This document shows positions 1 to 8,236 of a DNA stretch of 64,000 nt, one piece after another; position 1 is the first letter of the stretch; each line of letters starts with the position of its first letter. The position numbers and the translations under genes are program-made. The DNA is from Bacillota bacterium (lineage in GTDB: Bacteria > Bacillota_I > Bacilli_A > RF39 > UBA660), in contig SVAK01000003.1 in assembly GCA_015059445.1 (NCBI GenBank), positions 55,058 through 119,057 of the forward strand. Direction: 5' to 3'. The notes beneath the pieces were generated by a model. The model was given only the letters and a program-made list of their open reading frames with translations. It ran no database searches and was not told the DNA's origin.

Positions 1-1211
1 TATGGACACCACTTAAATTTGATGAAGATGGATTAAAAGAAGTATATTCTAAATTCTTTAATCCACTAAGAAATACTTATAATTTCTTTTCAATGTATGC
101 TACAACAGATAATATTAATATTGATGAATGTAATATAAAAATAGAAGATAGAGAAGAAATAGATAAATGGTTATTGTCTAGGTATAATTCGCTGTTAAAA
201 GTAGTTACTGAAGGTTATGAAGAATATGATTTAAATAAAGTGGTAAGAAATATTACAAACTTTGTCTCAGATGACCTATCTAACTGGTATATAAGAAGAT
301 GTAGAAATCGTTTCTGGGGTAGCACTTTAGATGATTCTAAAAAAGCAGTTTATATAACTACATACGAAGTATTAGTGGGACTTTCTAAAATGATTGCACC
401 AATTGTACCTTATGTTAGTGAAGAAATTTATACAAAGTTAACACATGAATATTCAGTACATACTGTAGACTTTCCGAAATATAATGAATCATTAATTGAT
501 TTAAAATTAGAGGAAAAAATGACTTTAGTAAAGAATTTAATTTCTATGGGAAGATGTGTAAGAGAAGAAACAAAAATTAAAGTGCGTACTCCTTTAAGTG
601 AAGCAATTATTGATAGTAATGTTTATGAAAAAATAGCAGATTTAGTTCCATTAATCGAAGAAGAATTGAATGTTAAAAATATTTTAAGTGAAAAAGATTT
701 AACTAAGTATATGAACCTTTCAGTTAAACCTAATTTTAAAGAAGTTGGTAGAGTTTTTGGAGCTAAACTTAAAGATTATCAAACGTTCTTAGAAACTGTA
801 GATATTAATAAATTAACTAGTGGTGGAGAAGTTTATTTTGAAGATACTTTAATAACTAAAGAAATGTATGAAATAAAAATCTCTTCTAAAGAAGGGTTTA
901 ATGTTGGAGTACTTGATAATGTATTTATTATTTTAAATACTAACTTAACTAATGATTTAATTTTAGAAGGTCATGCTCGTGAATTTGTTTCTAAAATCCA
1001 AAATATGAGAAAAACTAATGAGTATGATGTAAGTGATAGAATTAATATTTATTATTATGGAAATGCCTTTAAGGAAGTAATAGGAATGTATAGTGATTAT
1101 ATTAAAAATGAAACTTTAGCATTAGAGATTACAGAAAAAGAAATTGATACTAATGAATTATCGGTTAATGGTATTAAAGTATTTGTAGAAATTGATAAAG
1201 TAAATAAATAA
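1..1211 (+). CDS. ileS: Isoleucyl-tRNA synthetase, C-terminal portion. The gene starts upstream of the window; the reading frame is open from nt 3.
   Basis: The frame from nt 3 reads WTPLKFDEDGLKEVYSKFFNPLRNTYNFFSMYA... with no stops and continues into ORF 93..1211. The anticodon-binding/C-terminal IleRS-like sequence ends at TAA 1209-1211. Confidence 0.85.
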   Translation, partial: WTPLKFDEDGLKEVYSKFFNPLRNTYNFFSMYATTDNINIDECNIKIEDREEIDKWLLSRYNSLLKVVTEGYEEYDLNKVVRNITNFVSDDLSNWYIRRCRNRFWGSTLDDSKKAVYITTYEVLVGLSKMIAPIVPYVSEEIYTKLTHEYSVHTVDFPKYNESLIDLKLEEKMTLVKNLISMGRCVREETKIKVRTPLSEAIIDSNVYEKIADLVPLIEEELNVKNILSEKDLTKYMNLSVKPNFKEVGRVFGAKLKDYQTFLETVDINKLTSGGEVYFEDTLITKEMYEIKISSKEGFNVGVLDNVFIILNTNLTNDLILEGHAREFVSKIQNMRKTNEYDVSDRINIYYYGNAFKEVIGMYSDYIKNETLALEITEKEIDTNELSVNGIKVFVEIDKVNK

Positions 1212-1216
1212 TAAAA

Positions 1217-1252
1217 AAGTAATCTTGATTACATTGAAAGATTACTTTTTTC
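1217..1252 (+). terminator. Rho-independent terminator after ileS
   Basis: Perfect 10-bp stem AAGTAATCTT(1217-1226)/AAGATTACTT(1238-1247) with an 11-nt loop, followed by a T-run. Confidence 0.7.
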
Positions 1253-1372
1253 AAGTGTTGTTAGCATTTTAGTTGGCAAATTAAAAGATATCATCGAGTT
1301 GGCGTAAAATCTCACATTTTCTGAAAACAGATACATAATATGTTTTAAAAATACATAATAAGAAGAAGTGTT

Positions 1373-1401
1373 TTGCTATTTTATTGCATTTGTCTTATAA
1401 T
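1373..1401 (+). promoter_or_regulatory. Sigma-A-type promoter for fmt
   Basis: TTGCTA (1373-1378), a 17-nt spacer, then TATAAT (1396-1401), about 20 nt upstream of the fmt start. Confidence 0.5.
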
Positions 1402-1419
1402 GTCTATAGGTGAAATAAA

Positions 1420-2328
1420 ATGAAAGATATCAGAGTAGTATATATGGGGACACCGGATTTTTCTTTAGAACCATTAAAGATTTTAATGAAAAATACTAAC
1501 GTTGTTTTAGTTGTATCAAAACCTGATGCATTAGTGGGGAGAAAAAAGGTTTTAACATCATCTCCAGTAAAAAAATTAGCAGAAGAACACAATATTCCTA
1601 TTTTTACACCGGAAAGTATAAAAAAAGATTATCAACCAATAATTGACGCTAGGCCAGATTTAATTGTAACTTGTGCATATGGAAAAATAATTCCAAAAAT
1701 ATTAATTGAATATCCTAAATATGGATGTGTAAATATTCATGCTTCATTATTACCAAAGTATAGAGGATCTGCGCCGATTCAATGGGCTCTTATCAATGGT
1801 GAAAAAGAAACTGGTATAACGCTTATGTATATGGACGAATTTATGGATACTGGTGATATGATTGATGTTGTAAAATATACAATCAAAGATACTGATGATA
1901 TTGGTACGCTCCATAATGAATTAAGTATACTTGGCGGAAAACTTTTAGAAAAAAATTTAGATAATCTAATATCCGGAAATGTTAAAAGAATAAAACAAAA
2001 TGGCGAAGATGCAACTTATGCCCCAATGATTGAAAGAAAAATGGAAGAATTAGATTTTAATGATTTAGTTATAAATATAAATAATAAGATTAGAGCATTT
2101 AGTCCCTGGCCTTTAACTAGAACTAAAATAAAAAATGAAGAAATAAAAATAATTAAAGTCCATTATACTAACGAAAAAAGTGAAGTTAATAAACTTTATG
2201 TAACCAAAGATAGTTTGGGTATTGGTGCTATAGATGGAATAATTTATCTCGATGTAATTAAACCTATTGGTAAAAATGCCATGGAAATTAAGAATTATTT
2301 AAATGGTAAAAAGGAGTTATTTAAATGA
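1420..2328 (+). CDS. fmt: Methionyl-tRNA formyltransferase
   Basis: 302 aa. The N-terminus reads IVYMGTPDFS..., followed by HASLLPKYRGSAPIQWA (formyltransferase active-site motif) and the C-terminal Fmt domain. Confidence 0.9.
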   Translation: MKDIRVVYMGTPDFSLEPLKILMKNTNVVLVVSKPDALVGRKKVLTSSPVKKLAEEHNIPIFTPESIKKDYQPIIDARPDLIVTCAYGKIIPKILIEYPKYGCVNIHASLLPKYRGSAPIQWALINGEKETGITLMYMDEFMDTGDMIDVVKYTIKDTDDIGTLHNELSILGGKLLEKNLDNLISGNVKRIKQNGEDATYAPMIERKMEELDFNDLVININNKIRAFSPWPLTRTKIKNEEIKIIKVHYTNEKSEVNKLYVTKDSLGIGAIDGIIYLDVIKPIGKNAMEIKNYLNGKKELFK

Positions 2329-2930
2329 AAGAAAAAGATAATGATAAAATAACATCAATAGTTAAGTTAGGATTATGGCTTACCTTTATTGCAGTATTAA
2401 TAATCGTAGCAAACTTTGGCACTAATAAAAATAATACTAATGATAATGTATTGAATAATAGTAATGAACAAAAAGAATCTGTTTTAACTTATGAAGAAAA
2501 ATTAAATAAATTAACTGATAATTATAAATTTAATTATGAAATTAATGCTGATGGTCAAGTATATAATTATGTCGGAACTAGGTTATCGACAAGGGAAAGT
2601 GGTTATCGTTTAAATAATGATACGTATTTATATTATTATATAGAAGATGGAGCCATTCATGAGGTTAAAGATGAGACACTTTATAGATTAGAAACACTTT
2701 ACGAAAAATTAGATGTGGATAATTTAGATGTATCGAAGATAAAAAGTAGTATTAAAAACAAAGAATTTAATGAAGAAAACGGTAAATATAGTTATTTATT
2801 AGAAAATAATAAAAAAGTATCAGTATATACTGATTCAGAAAATATAACAAAAATAGAAATATATATTGGAAAAGACTATTACAAATTAGAATTTACTGAT
2901 ATTGGATTAGTTGAAAAAATTAAATATTAA
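2325..2930 (+). CDS. Hypothetical membrane-anchored protein with an N-terminal TM helix and an Asn/Tyr-rich ectodomain
   Basis: 201-aa ORF overlapping the fmt stop (ATGA). It has a hydrophobic segment LGLWLTFIAVLIIV. I recognise no family. Confidence 0.5.
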   Translation: MKEKDNDKITSIVKLGLWLTFIAVLIIVANFGTNKNNTNDNVLNNSNEQKESVLTYEEKLNKLTDNYKFNYEINADGQVYNYVGTRLSTRESGYRLNNDTYLYYYIEDGAIHEVKDETLYRLETLYEKLDVDNLDVSKIKSSIKNKEFNEENGKYSYLLENNKKVSVYTDSENITKIEIYIGKDYYKLEFTDIGLVEKIKY

Positions 2931-2940
2931 GGAGGTTTTT

Positions 2941-3666
2941 ATGGCCTGGAAATTATTATTAATAAATGCGCTTACATTAATTAGAGTAATTGGAACAATC
3001 ATTTTAATTCCAATTTATAAAAGCTATGGTGGTTTATATGTTAGTATTTTAGCTCTAATTTGTTATTTAACAGATAGCATTGATGGAATACTTGCAAGGC
3101 GATGGAAAGTATCAACTTTTTTTGGCGCTTTATTTGATGGGGCAGCAGACAAATTATTTACTATAATTAATTTTGTAGTTTTATATTTAATTACCCCGCA
3201 TGCATTAATACCAATAATTTTTGAAATTGCGATTATTGTAGTTTTATTTTTTAAATTCATAATGAAATTGAATGTTAAATCAAATATTATAGGTAAATTA
3301 AAAGTTTGGATTTTAGCAATGAGTGTAGTACTTACTTTTTTAGTGAGTGATATTAAAAGTATAGCATTTGTCCCTTTAAAGTTTAAAGAGTGGTTACTAA
3401 ATATTTCAAGCAGTACTTTATATTTTTGGTTATTATTACCTACCATATTAATAGAATTTTTGACTTTTAGTAGTTATGTTTTAGAATTATTTGCTCCAAA
3501 GAAAATAAAAATATTAAATACCCCTGATAAAGTGCTAAAAATTCCAGAATTAAAAGGTAAAAGTATATGGGGAAAATTTAAATGTATATGGCTTAATCCT
3601 GAATTTTATAATGAACATAAAAATGATACTAATTTAAAAGCTTTATGGAAACTATCAATTAGATAG
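2941..3666 (+). CDS. CDP-alcohol phosphatidyltransferase family protein
   Basis: It carries DSIDGILARRWKVSTFFGALFDGAADK, which is the D-G-x2-A-R...G-x3-D-x3-D motif, and is multi-TM. The ATG at 2941 is preceded by AAGGAGG; the ORF track's 2911 start is less likely. Confidence 0.75.
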   Translation: MAWKLLLINALTLIRVIGTIILIPIYKSYGGLYVSILALICYLTDSIDGILARRWKVSTFFGALFDGAADKLFTIINFVVLYLITPHALIPIIFEIAIIVVLFFKFIMKLNVKSNIIGKLKVWILAMSVVLTFLVSDIKSIAFVPLKFKEWLLNISSSTLYFWLLLPTILIEFLTFSSYVLELFAPKKIKILNTPDKVLKIPELKGKSIWGKFKCIWLNPEFYNEHKNDTNLKALWKLSIR

Positions 3667-3681
3667 TTTTTTTATTTAAAT

Positions 3682-3706
3682 AAAAAAATCCTGGAAGGAT
3701 TTATTT
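3682..3706. terminator. Bidirectional terminator between convergent genes
   Basis: Stem AAATCCT(3686-3692)/AGGATTT(3696-3702) with loop GGA, an A-run upstream and a T-run downstream. Confidence 0.6.
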
Positions 3707-4210
3707 GTTAAATTTAACAGTAATATACATTTCTTTGTCATATAATTCTTGAACGCTTCTAATAATTGAATTCGCTTTTTCATTATTGTGATCAGAAGAT
3801 GCAACAACAATACTAATTGTATTATCTTTAATTTTTACAAAAGCATTTAATTTAAATTTTTCATTAATTAATTCTTTAATTTTATTTTCATTAGCAGTAG
3901 AATCGTTTAATTTTTGCATGTTTTCATAAGCCGCATTTTTTTCTTCTATTGTACTTTCGCCATCTAATAGAATATCTTGATATTCCTCCATTAAAGTTTG
4001 TTTTTCTTCATCTTTTTCTACTTCCAAGGAAACTAGAATATCTGATTCAGTTATTTCAATTACTTCATTAGTATTATTATTTTCTTCAGTTTTTAATACT
4101 TGAGCAACCTCATCATCGATACTGACATAGTAAATTCCCAAAATTAATATTAAAGAAAATAGAGTTATAAACCACAAATTTTGTTTATTTATCATTAAAT
4201 CTCTCCTCAT
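3701..4210 (-). CDS. Hypothetical membrane-anchored acidic protein
   Basis: 169 aa. There is an N-terminal TM helix (WFITLFSLILILGIYYV), then a Glu-rich linker and a C-terminal beta-rich domain. It is divergent from the ABC exporter. Function unknown. Confidence 0.5.
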   Translation of the reverse strand: MRRDLMINKQNLWFITLFSLILILGIYYVSIDDEVAQVLKTEENNNTNEVIEITESDILVSLEVEKDEEKQTLMEEYQDILLDGESTIEEKNAAYENMQKLNDSTANENKIKELINEKFKLNAFVKIKDNTISIVVASSDHNNEKANSIIRSVQELYDKEMYITVKFNK

Positions 4211-4324
4211 AGCTATTAAATACTATGAATTTTATTTTAAAAAATAACTTTTTTGATAAAAAATAATAAATAAAAAAGGAAATGGGATTGTAAGTGACGA
4301 ATATTAATAGTGAAGGGAGGAAGA

Positions 4325-6379
4325 ATGAAAAATTTAAAGGCTATCATTCAAAGAGATTTGAAAGATTGTGGTGTATGTTGTATGCAGTGGATAATAAAAT
4401 ATTATGATGGTTATATCTCTTTAGAAAAATTAAGGGAAGATACTTTTACTGATATCAATGGTACAAGCGCTTATCATATTGTTAATGCTTTTAAAAAGTG
4501 GGGATTTGATTCTTCGGGGGTTTTGGAGCATGACATAAATAGCAGTAAGTTAAACTTTCCTTTAATTGCACATTTAGTTCTTGATAATGGTTTAGAGCAT
4601 TTTGTGGTAGTTAAATATGTTGTGAAAAATACTGTATATATTATGGATCCAGGTATTGGACATACTAAAACGAATATTACAAAATTCACTAAATTATTTA
4701 CAGGTCATATTATTGAAGCATTGCCTAGAGAAAAAATTATTAAAATGGATCATGAACTTTCTATAAATGAATTATTTTTAAATATAGTAAATAAGGAAAA
4801 GCTTCTCATTGCAAAAATAATTGTCACTAGTATTTTGTGGACTATTTTATTAATTGTTTGTAGTTATTATCTTAAAGTTGGTAGTATTTTAATAGAGCAA
4901 GATGCTGGAATATTAAAGTATACAGTTATTTCTTTTGGATTACTCACAGGACTCAAAGTATTTGTTTTATATGTAAGAGAATATTATGAAAATCATTTAA
5001 GTAATTTAGTTGATGTTTATATTTATCCAGAGTTTTTAAGACATTTGTTTTACCTTCCTTTAAAAGTAGTAAAAAGTAGAACAACTGGGGAAATAATTAC
5101 AAGAATTAGTGAACTTTCTAATATTAAGAGTTTGTTTTCTGATATTTTTGTATCATATTTTCTAGATTCTATAATGGTTATCATTTCTATAGTTATTTTA
5201 TTTATAATTAATAAAGACTTATTATTTATTCTACTTGCATGTTTATTACTTTATATAGTATGTGGAATAATTATAAGTAAAATTACGTATAAAAAAGTTT
5301 TGAAAAATATTTGCTATCAAACAGAATTTAATAGTATGATAGTTGAAAAAATTGATATGTTTGAGAGCATTAAAAATTTAAATGTTTGTAAAATTATATT
5401 AAGTAAAATAGAAAGTAGTTTATCTCAATATTTGCTTAATAATTATGAATTTAGTAGTTTTTTTAATATTGCTAATCTAGTTAAAGATTTTATTTTAGAA
5501 ATTTGTTTTTTCTTAATTAATTCATATGGATTTTGGTTAGTCTTGGATGGTAGTATAACGATGGTAAATTTATTTACTTTTAATATAATTCTTTCTTATT
5601 GTGTCGACCCGGTTAAAAATATTGTTAACTTATTACCAAAGTATAATTATATAAAAGCGTCGTTTTCTAAAATTACAGAATTTATTAATATTGAAGAGGA
5701 AAAAATTTCAGATGAAGAAAGTATTATGAAAGGAGATATCATATTTAAAGATGTTAGTTATTCTTACAATGATTACTTGTATGTCTTGGATAAAATTAAT
5801 TTTAAAATAAAAGAGGGCAGTCATGTTTTATTAAATGGTCCATCTGGGTGTGGTAAAAGTACAATATGTAAAATTATTTATGGAATAAATGAAGAATTCA
5901 GCGGTGATGTTTATGTCGGGAATAATAATTTTAAGGATATTAATTTAAGTACTATTAGAAGTAGTATTTTATATATTTCTCAAAATGAAGAATTATTTAC
6001 TGGTTCAATTAGGGAAAATATATTAATTGATAGAGAAATAAGCGAAGAAAAGTTTTTTGATATATGTAAAATATGTGAGATTGATGAGATTATTAGTAAA
6101 AAAGAAATGCGTTTTGATGCGCTGGTGGAGCCATCTTCTAAAAATATCTCAGGAGGTGAAAAACAAAGATTAATTTTAGCAAGAGGGTTGCTTAAGGATG
6201 CTAGTATATTAATCTTAGATGAAGCTTTATCTGAAGTTGATTATAAATTAGAAAGCAAAATAATTAAAAAAATTAAGGAATATTTTAAAGACAAAACAAT
6301 TATTTATATTTCTCATAAAAATCAAACGAAGAACTTTAATAATATTATTGAGTTGGGAGTTGATAATGAAAAGCTATAA
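4325..6379 (+). CDS. Bacteriocin-processing ABC exporter (N-terminal C39 peptidase + 6-TM domain + ABC ATPase)
   Basis: The C39 motifs are QRDLKDCG (catalytic Cys), LIAHLV...LEHFVVV (catalytic His) and IMDPGIG. Walker A is GPSGCGKST, the signature is ISGGEKQRLILAR, and Walker B is ILILDEA. The ATG at 4325 follows a GGGAGG RBS; the track's 4310 is a GTG alternative. Confidence 0.9.
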   Translation: MKNLKAIIQRDLKDCGVCCMQWIIKYYDGYISLEKLREDTFTDINGTSAYHIVNAFKKWGFDSSGVLEHDINSSKLNFPLIAHLVLDNGLEHFVVVKYVVKNTVYIMDPGIGHTKTNITKFTKLFTGHIIEALPREKIIKMDHELSINELFLNIVNKEKLLIAKIIVTSILWTILLIVCSYYLKVGSILIEQDAGILKYTVISFGLLTGLKVFVLYVREYYENHLSNLVDVYIYPEFLRHLFYLPLKVVKSRTTGEIITRISELSNIKSLFSDIFVSYFLDSIMVIISIVILFIINKDLLFILLACLLLYIVCGIIISKITYKKVLKNICYQTEFNSMIVEKIDMFESIKNLNVCKIILSKIESSLSQYLLNNYEFSSFFNIANLVKDFILEICFFLINSYGFWLVLDGSITMVNLFTFNIILSYCVDPVKNIVNLLPKYNYIKASFSKITEFINIEEEKISDEESIMKGDIIFKDVSYSYNDYLYVLDKINFKIKEGSHVLLNGPSGCGKSTICKIIYGINEEFSGDVYVGNNNFKDINLSTIRSSILYISQNEELFTGSIRENILIDREISEEKFFDICKICEIDEIISKKEMRFDALVEPSSKNISGGEKQRLILARGLLKDASILILDEALSEVDYKLESKIIKKIKEYFKDKTIIYISHKNQTKNFNNIIELGVDNEKL

Positions 6380-6779
6380 AATAAATTATCATAGATTACA
6401 AAATTTATTTCAAATAAAATATTATATTGTGGTAATAATTATAGTCTGTTTACTAACTTTCTTAATAATCATTTCTTGTTTTATAAATGTATATCAAATA
6501 AGCAGTTTTTACGGAATTTATAATGATAATGTATTGAAAATAAAAATAAATAATAAACTCTCTGATATTTTAAAAAATAATCAATATATTGAATATAATA
6601 ATCAAAAAACGACTTATAAGATTTTACAATTCGGGGAATATGAAATAATTAATAATGAAATATATCAAGAAGTAGATATGACTATAGATGGTAATTTTGT
6701 AAATAATGAAGTTGGATTGGTGAAATTTTATTATAACAAACAAAAAATCATAGAATATATTTTGGAATTATTTAAGTAG
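6367..6779 (+). CDS. Small single-TM accessory/immunity-like protein of the bacteriocin locus
   Basis: 137 aa counted from the ATG at 6367, which overlaps the exporter stop. It has one N-terminal TM helix (IVVIIIVCLLTFLIIISCF) and lies between the exporter and the peptide genes. Confidence 0.45.
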
Positions 6780-6792
6780 AGGAGGTAATAGA

Positions 6793-6939
6793 ATGAAAAG
6801 ATTAAATGATGAAGAAATGATAGAAGTGCAAGGAGGAGCATTTAGTTATAAAGCATTATTAGGACTGGTAGGTGCAGGCATTGTGTTCTTAATTGGAGTT
6901 ATAGATGGATTAATAAATCCTAGAAAGTGTAATAGTTAG
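6793..6939 (+). CDS. Double-glycine-leader bacteriocin-like prepeptide (48 aa)
   Basis: The GGAGG RBS is 7 nt upstream. The product is MKRLNDEEMIEVQGG|AFSYKALLGLVGAGIVFLIGVIDGLINPRKCNS. The leader has hydrophobics at -4, -7 and -12 and EE at -8/-9. The mature part is Gly-rich with GxxxG motifs. The gene is shorter than 60 aa, so it is absent from the ORF track. Confidence 0.75.
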   Translation: MKRLNDEEMIEVQGGAFSYKALLGLVGAGIVFLIGVIDGLINPRKCNS

Positions 6940-6947
6940 GAGGTAAT

Positions 6948-7109
6948 ATGTTAAATAATGAAGAACTTATAAAGGTAAGAGGTGGCGGTATTACAGCAAC
7001 ACTTCTTAATTCTTTATCGAGGCTTATGGAAACATTGTTAAATTTGGGTCAATTAGTTGGTTCATCTTTAAGACGCTCTTTTTCTAAAAAGACTTGTAAG
7101 CTACAGTAA
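6948..7109 (+). CDS. Second double-glycine-leader bacteriocin-like prepeptide (53 aa)
   Basis: The AGGAGG RBS is 6 nt upstream. The product is MLNNEELIKVRGG|GITATLLNSLSRLMETLLNLGQLVGSSLRRSFSKKTCKLQ. The leader is paralogous to the first peptide's. The mature part is a cationic, amphipathic, helix-like region with a single Cys. Confidence 0.7.
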   Translation: MLNNEELIKVRGGGITATLLNSLSRLMETLLNLGQLVGSSLRRSFSKKTCKLQ

Positions 7110-7113
7110 GATA

Positions 7114-7150
7114 TAAAAAAATATCAGTTTTTAACTGATATTTTTTTATT
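7114..7150. terminator. Rho-independent terminator closing the peptide operon
   Basis: An A-run, then stem ATATCAGTT(7121-7129)/AACTGATAT(7133-7141), then TTTTTTT. Confidence 0.7.
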
Positions 7151-7248
7151 TGCGGCCACATAACCAATCTATAGAGATTTTAAGTTTGGTATATATTTAA
7201 CAATGTAAATTAAGTTAACTTAAAATTTACAAACATTTGGCTTTTTTG

Positions 7249-7277
7249 TTGTCAAATTTTTAAGCAAGTGGTATAAT
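7249..7277 (+). promoter_or_regulatory. Promoter for rpsU-yqeY
   Basis: TTGTCA (7249-7254), a 17-nt spacer, then TATAAT (7272-7277). Confidence 0.5.
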
Positions 7278-7310
7278 ATGTTCAGTTAAAAGCGAAGGGA
7301 GGTCGAATTT

Positions 7311-7496
7311 ATGACAAAGGTTGTAGTACAAAATGGAAATATCGACGGTGCTTTAAAGAAATTTAAAGTAAAAGTTGCTAGAAGCGGTGTCCCTTCAGAA
7401 CTAAAGAAAAAAAAGTTCTACTCTAAACCAGGAGTTGAAAGAAGAATGAAGAAAGAAGAAGGCATTAAAAATTCTCACAAAAGAAATCACAATTAA
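7311..7496 (+). CDS. rpsU: 30S ribosomal protein S21
   Basis: 61-aa basic protein (MTKVVVQNGNIDGALKKFK...KKKFYSKPGVERRMKK) matching the S21 family. A GGGAGG RBS is present. Confidence 0.9.
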   Translation: MTKVVVQNGNIDGALKKFKVKVARSGVPSELKKKKFYSKPGVERRMKKEEGIKNSHKRNHN

Positions 7497-7509
7497 GGAG
7501 GATTAAAAA

Positions 7510-7947
7510 ATGTTTGAAAAAATTAATGAAGATTTAAAGAGCGCTTTAAAAAGTGGTGATAAATTCAAATTGTCAGTACTTAGAATGTTAAAGAGCGCTT
7601 TACAATTAGAAGAAAAAAATAAAAAAGAAGTTTTAACTGATAGTGATGTACTTGTAGTTTTGAAAAGACAAGTAAAACAAAGAAATGATTCAGCAAGAGA
7701 ATATGAAAGCTTAGGTAAGTTAGAAACAGTAGAAGAATTAAAAAAAGAAATTGAAATTATAAATACTTACTTACCAGAAGAAGCATCAATTGAACAAATA
7801 AATAAAACTATAGATGATGCATTTAATAAATTGAACCCTACAAACATGAAAGAAATGGGTACAGTAATGAAATATGTTACTGAGAATTTAACAAATGCTG
7901 ATATGACAAAAGTAAGTGCTATTGTTAAAGAAAGACTAAGTAAATAG
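7510..7947 (+). CDS. yqeY: GatB/YqeY domain protein
   Basis: 145 aa (EDLKSALKSGDKFKLSVLRMLKSAL...), in the conserved rpsU-yqeY arrangement. Confidence 0.8.
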   Translation: MFEKINEDLKSALKSGDKFKLSVLRMLKSALQLEEKNKKEVLTDSDVLVVLKRQVKQRNDSAREYESLGKLETVEELKKEIEIINTYLPEEASIEQINKTIDDAFNKLNPTNMKEMGTVMKYVTENLTNADMTKVSAIVKERLSK

Positions 7948-7957
7948 TCTTTTTTTA
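7933..7957 (+). terminator. Terminator after yqeY
   Basis: Stem AGACTA(7933-7938)/TAGTCT(7945-7950), followed by a T7 run. Confidence 0.55.
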
Positions 7958-7978
7958 TTTATTCTAAAATATAATTTA

Positions 7979-8236
7979 ATGATGAAAAATTTACATTTTA
8001 GAGATAGCTTTAAAAATTTTTTGTTTGATTTAGAAGATTTCATAACTATATATGAAAATCATTTGCATGTTTTTAACTATCAAAAATTAAACAATTTAAG
8101 TGAAACAGAAATAATTTTAAGTTTTAATAAAATGAAAGTAATAATAAGTGGAGTGAATTTAAAAATAAAACAAATGACTAAACAGGAACTTTTGATAAAT
8201 GGCAAAATTTTGAAAGTAGAGTTTTCTTATGTATAG
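7979..8236 (+). CDS. yqfC: YqfC-like sporulation protein
   Basis: 85 aa. The C-terminal pattern ISGVNLKIKQMTKQELLINGKI is typical of YqfC, and the gene precedes a yqfD homolog. Confidence 0.55.
   Translation: MMKNLHFRDSFKNFLFDLEDFITIYENHLHVFNYQKLNNLSETEIILSFNKMKVIISGVNLKIKQMTKQELLINGKILKVEFSYV

Noticed and set aside
3063-3446. 127-aa minus-strand ORF inside the CDP-alcohol phosphatidyltransferase gene
   Set aside because: It is fully antisense to a well-supported CDS. The sequence is low-complexity and AT-driven with no RBS, so it is a spurious ORF.
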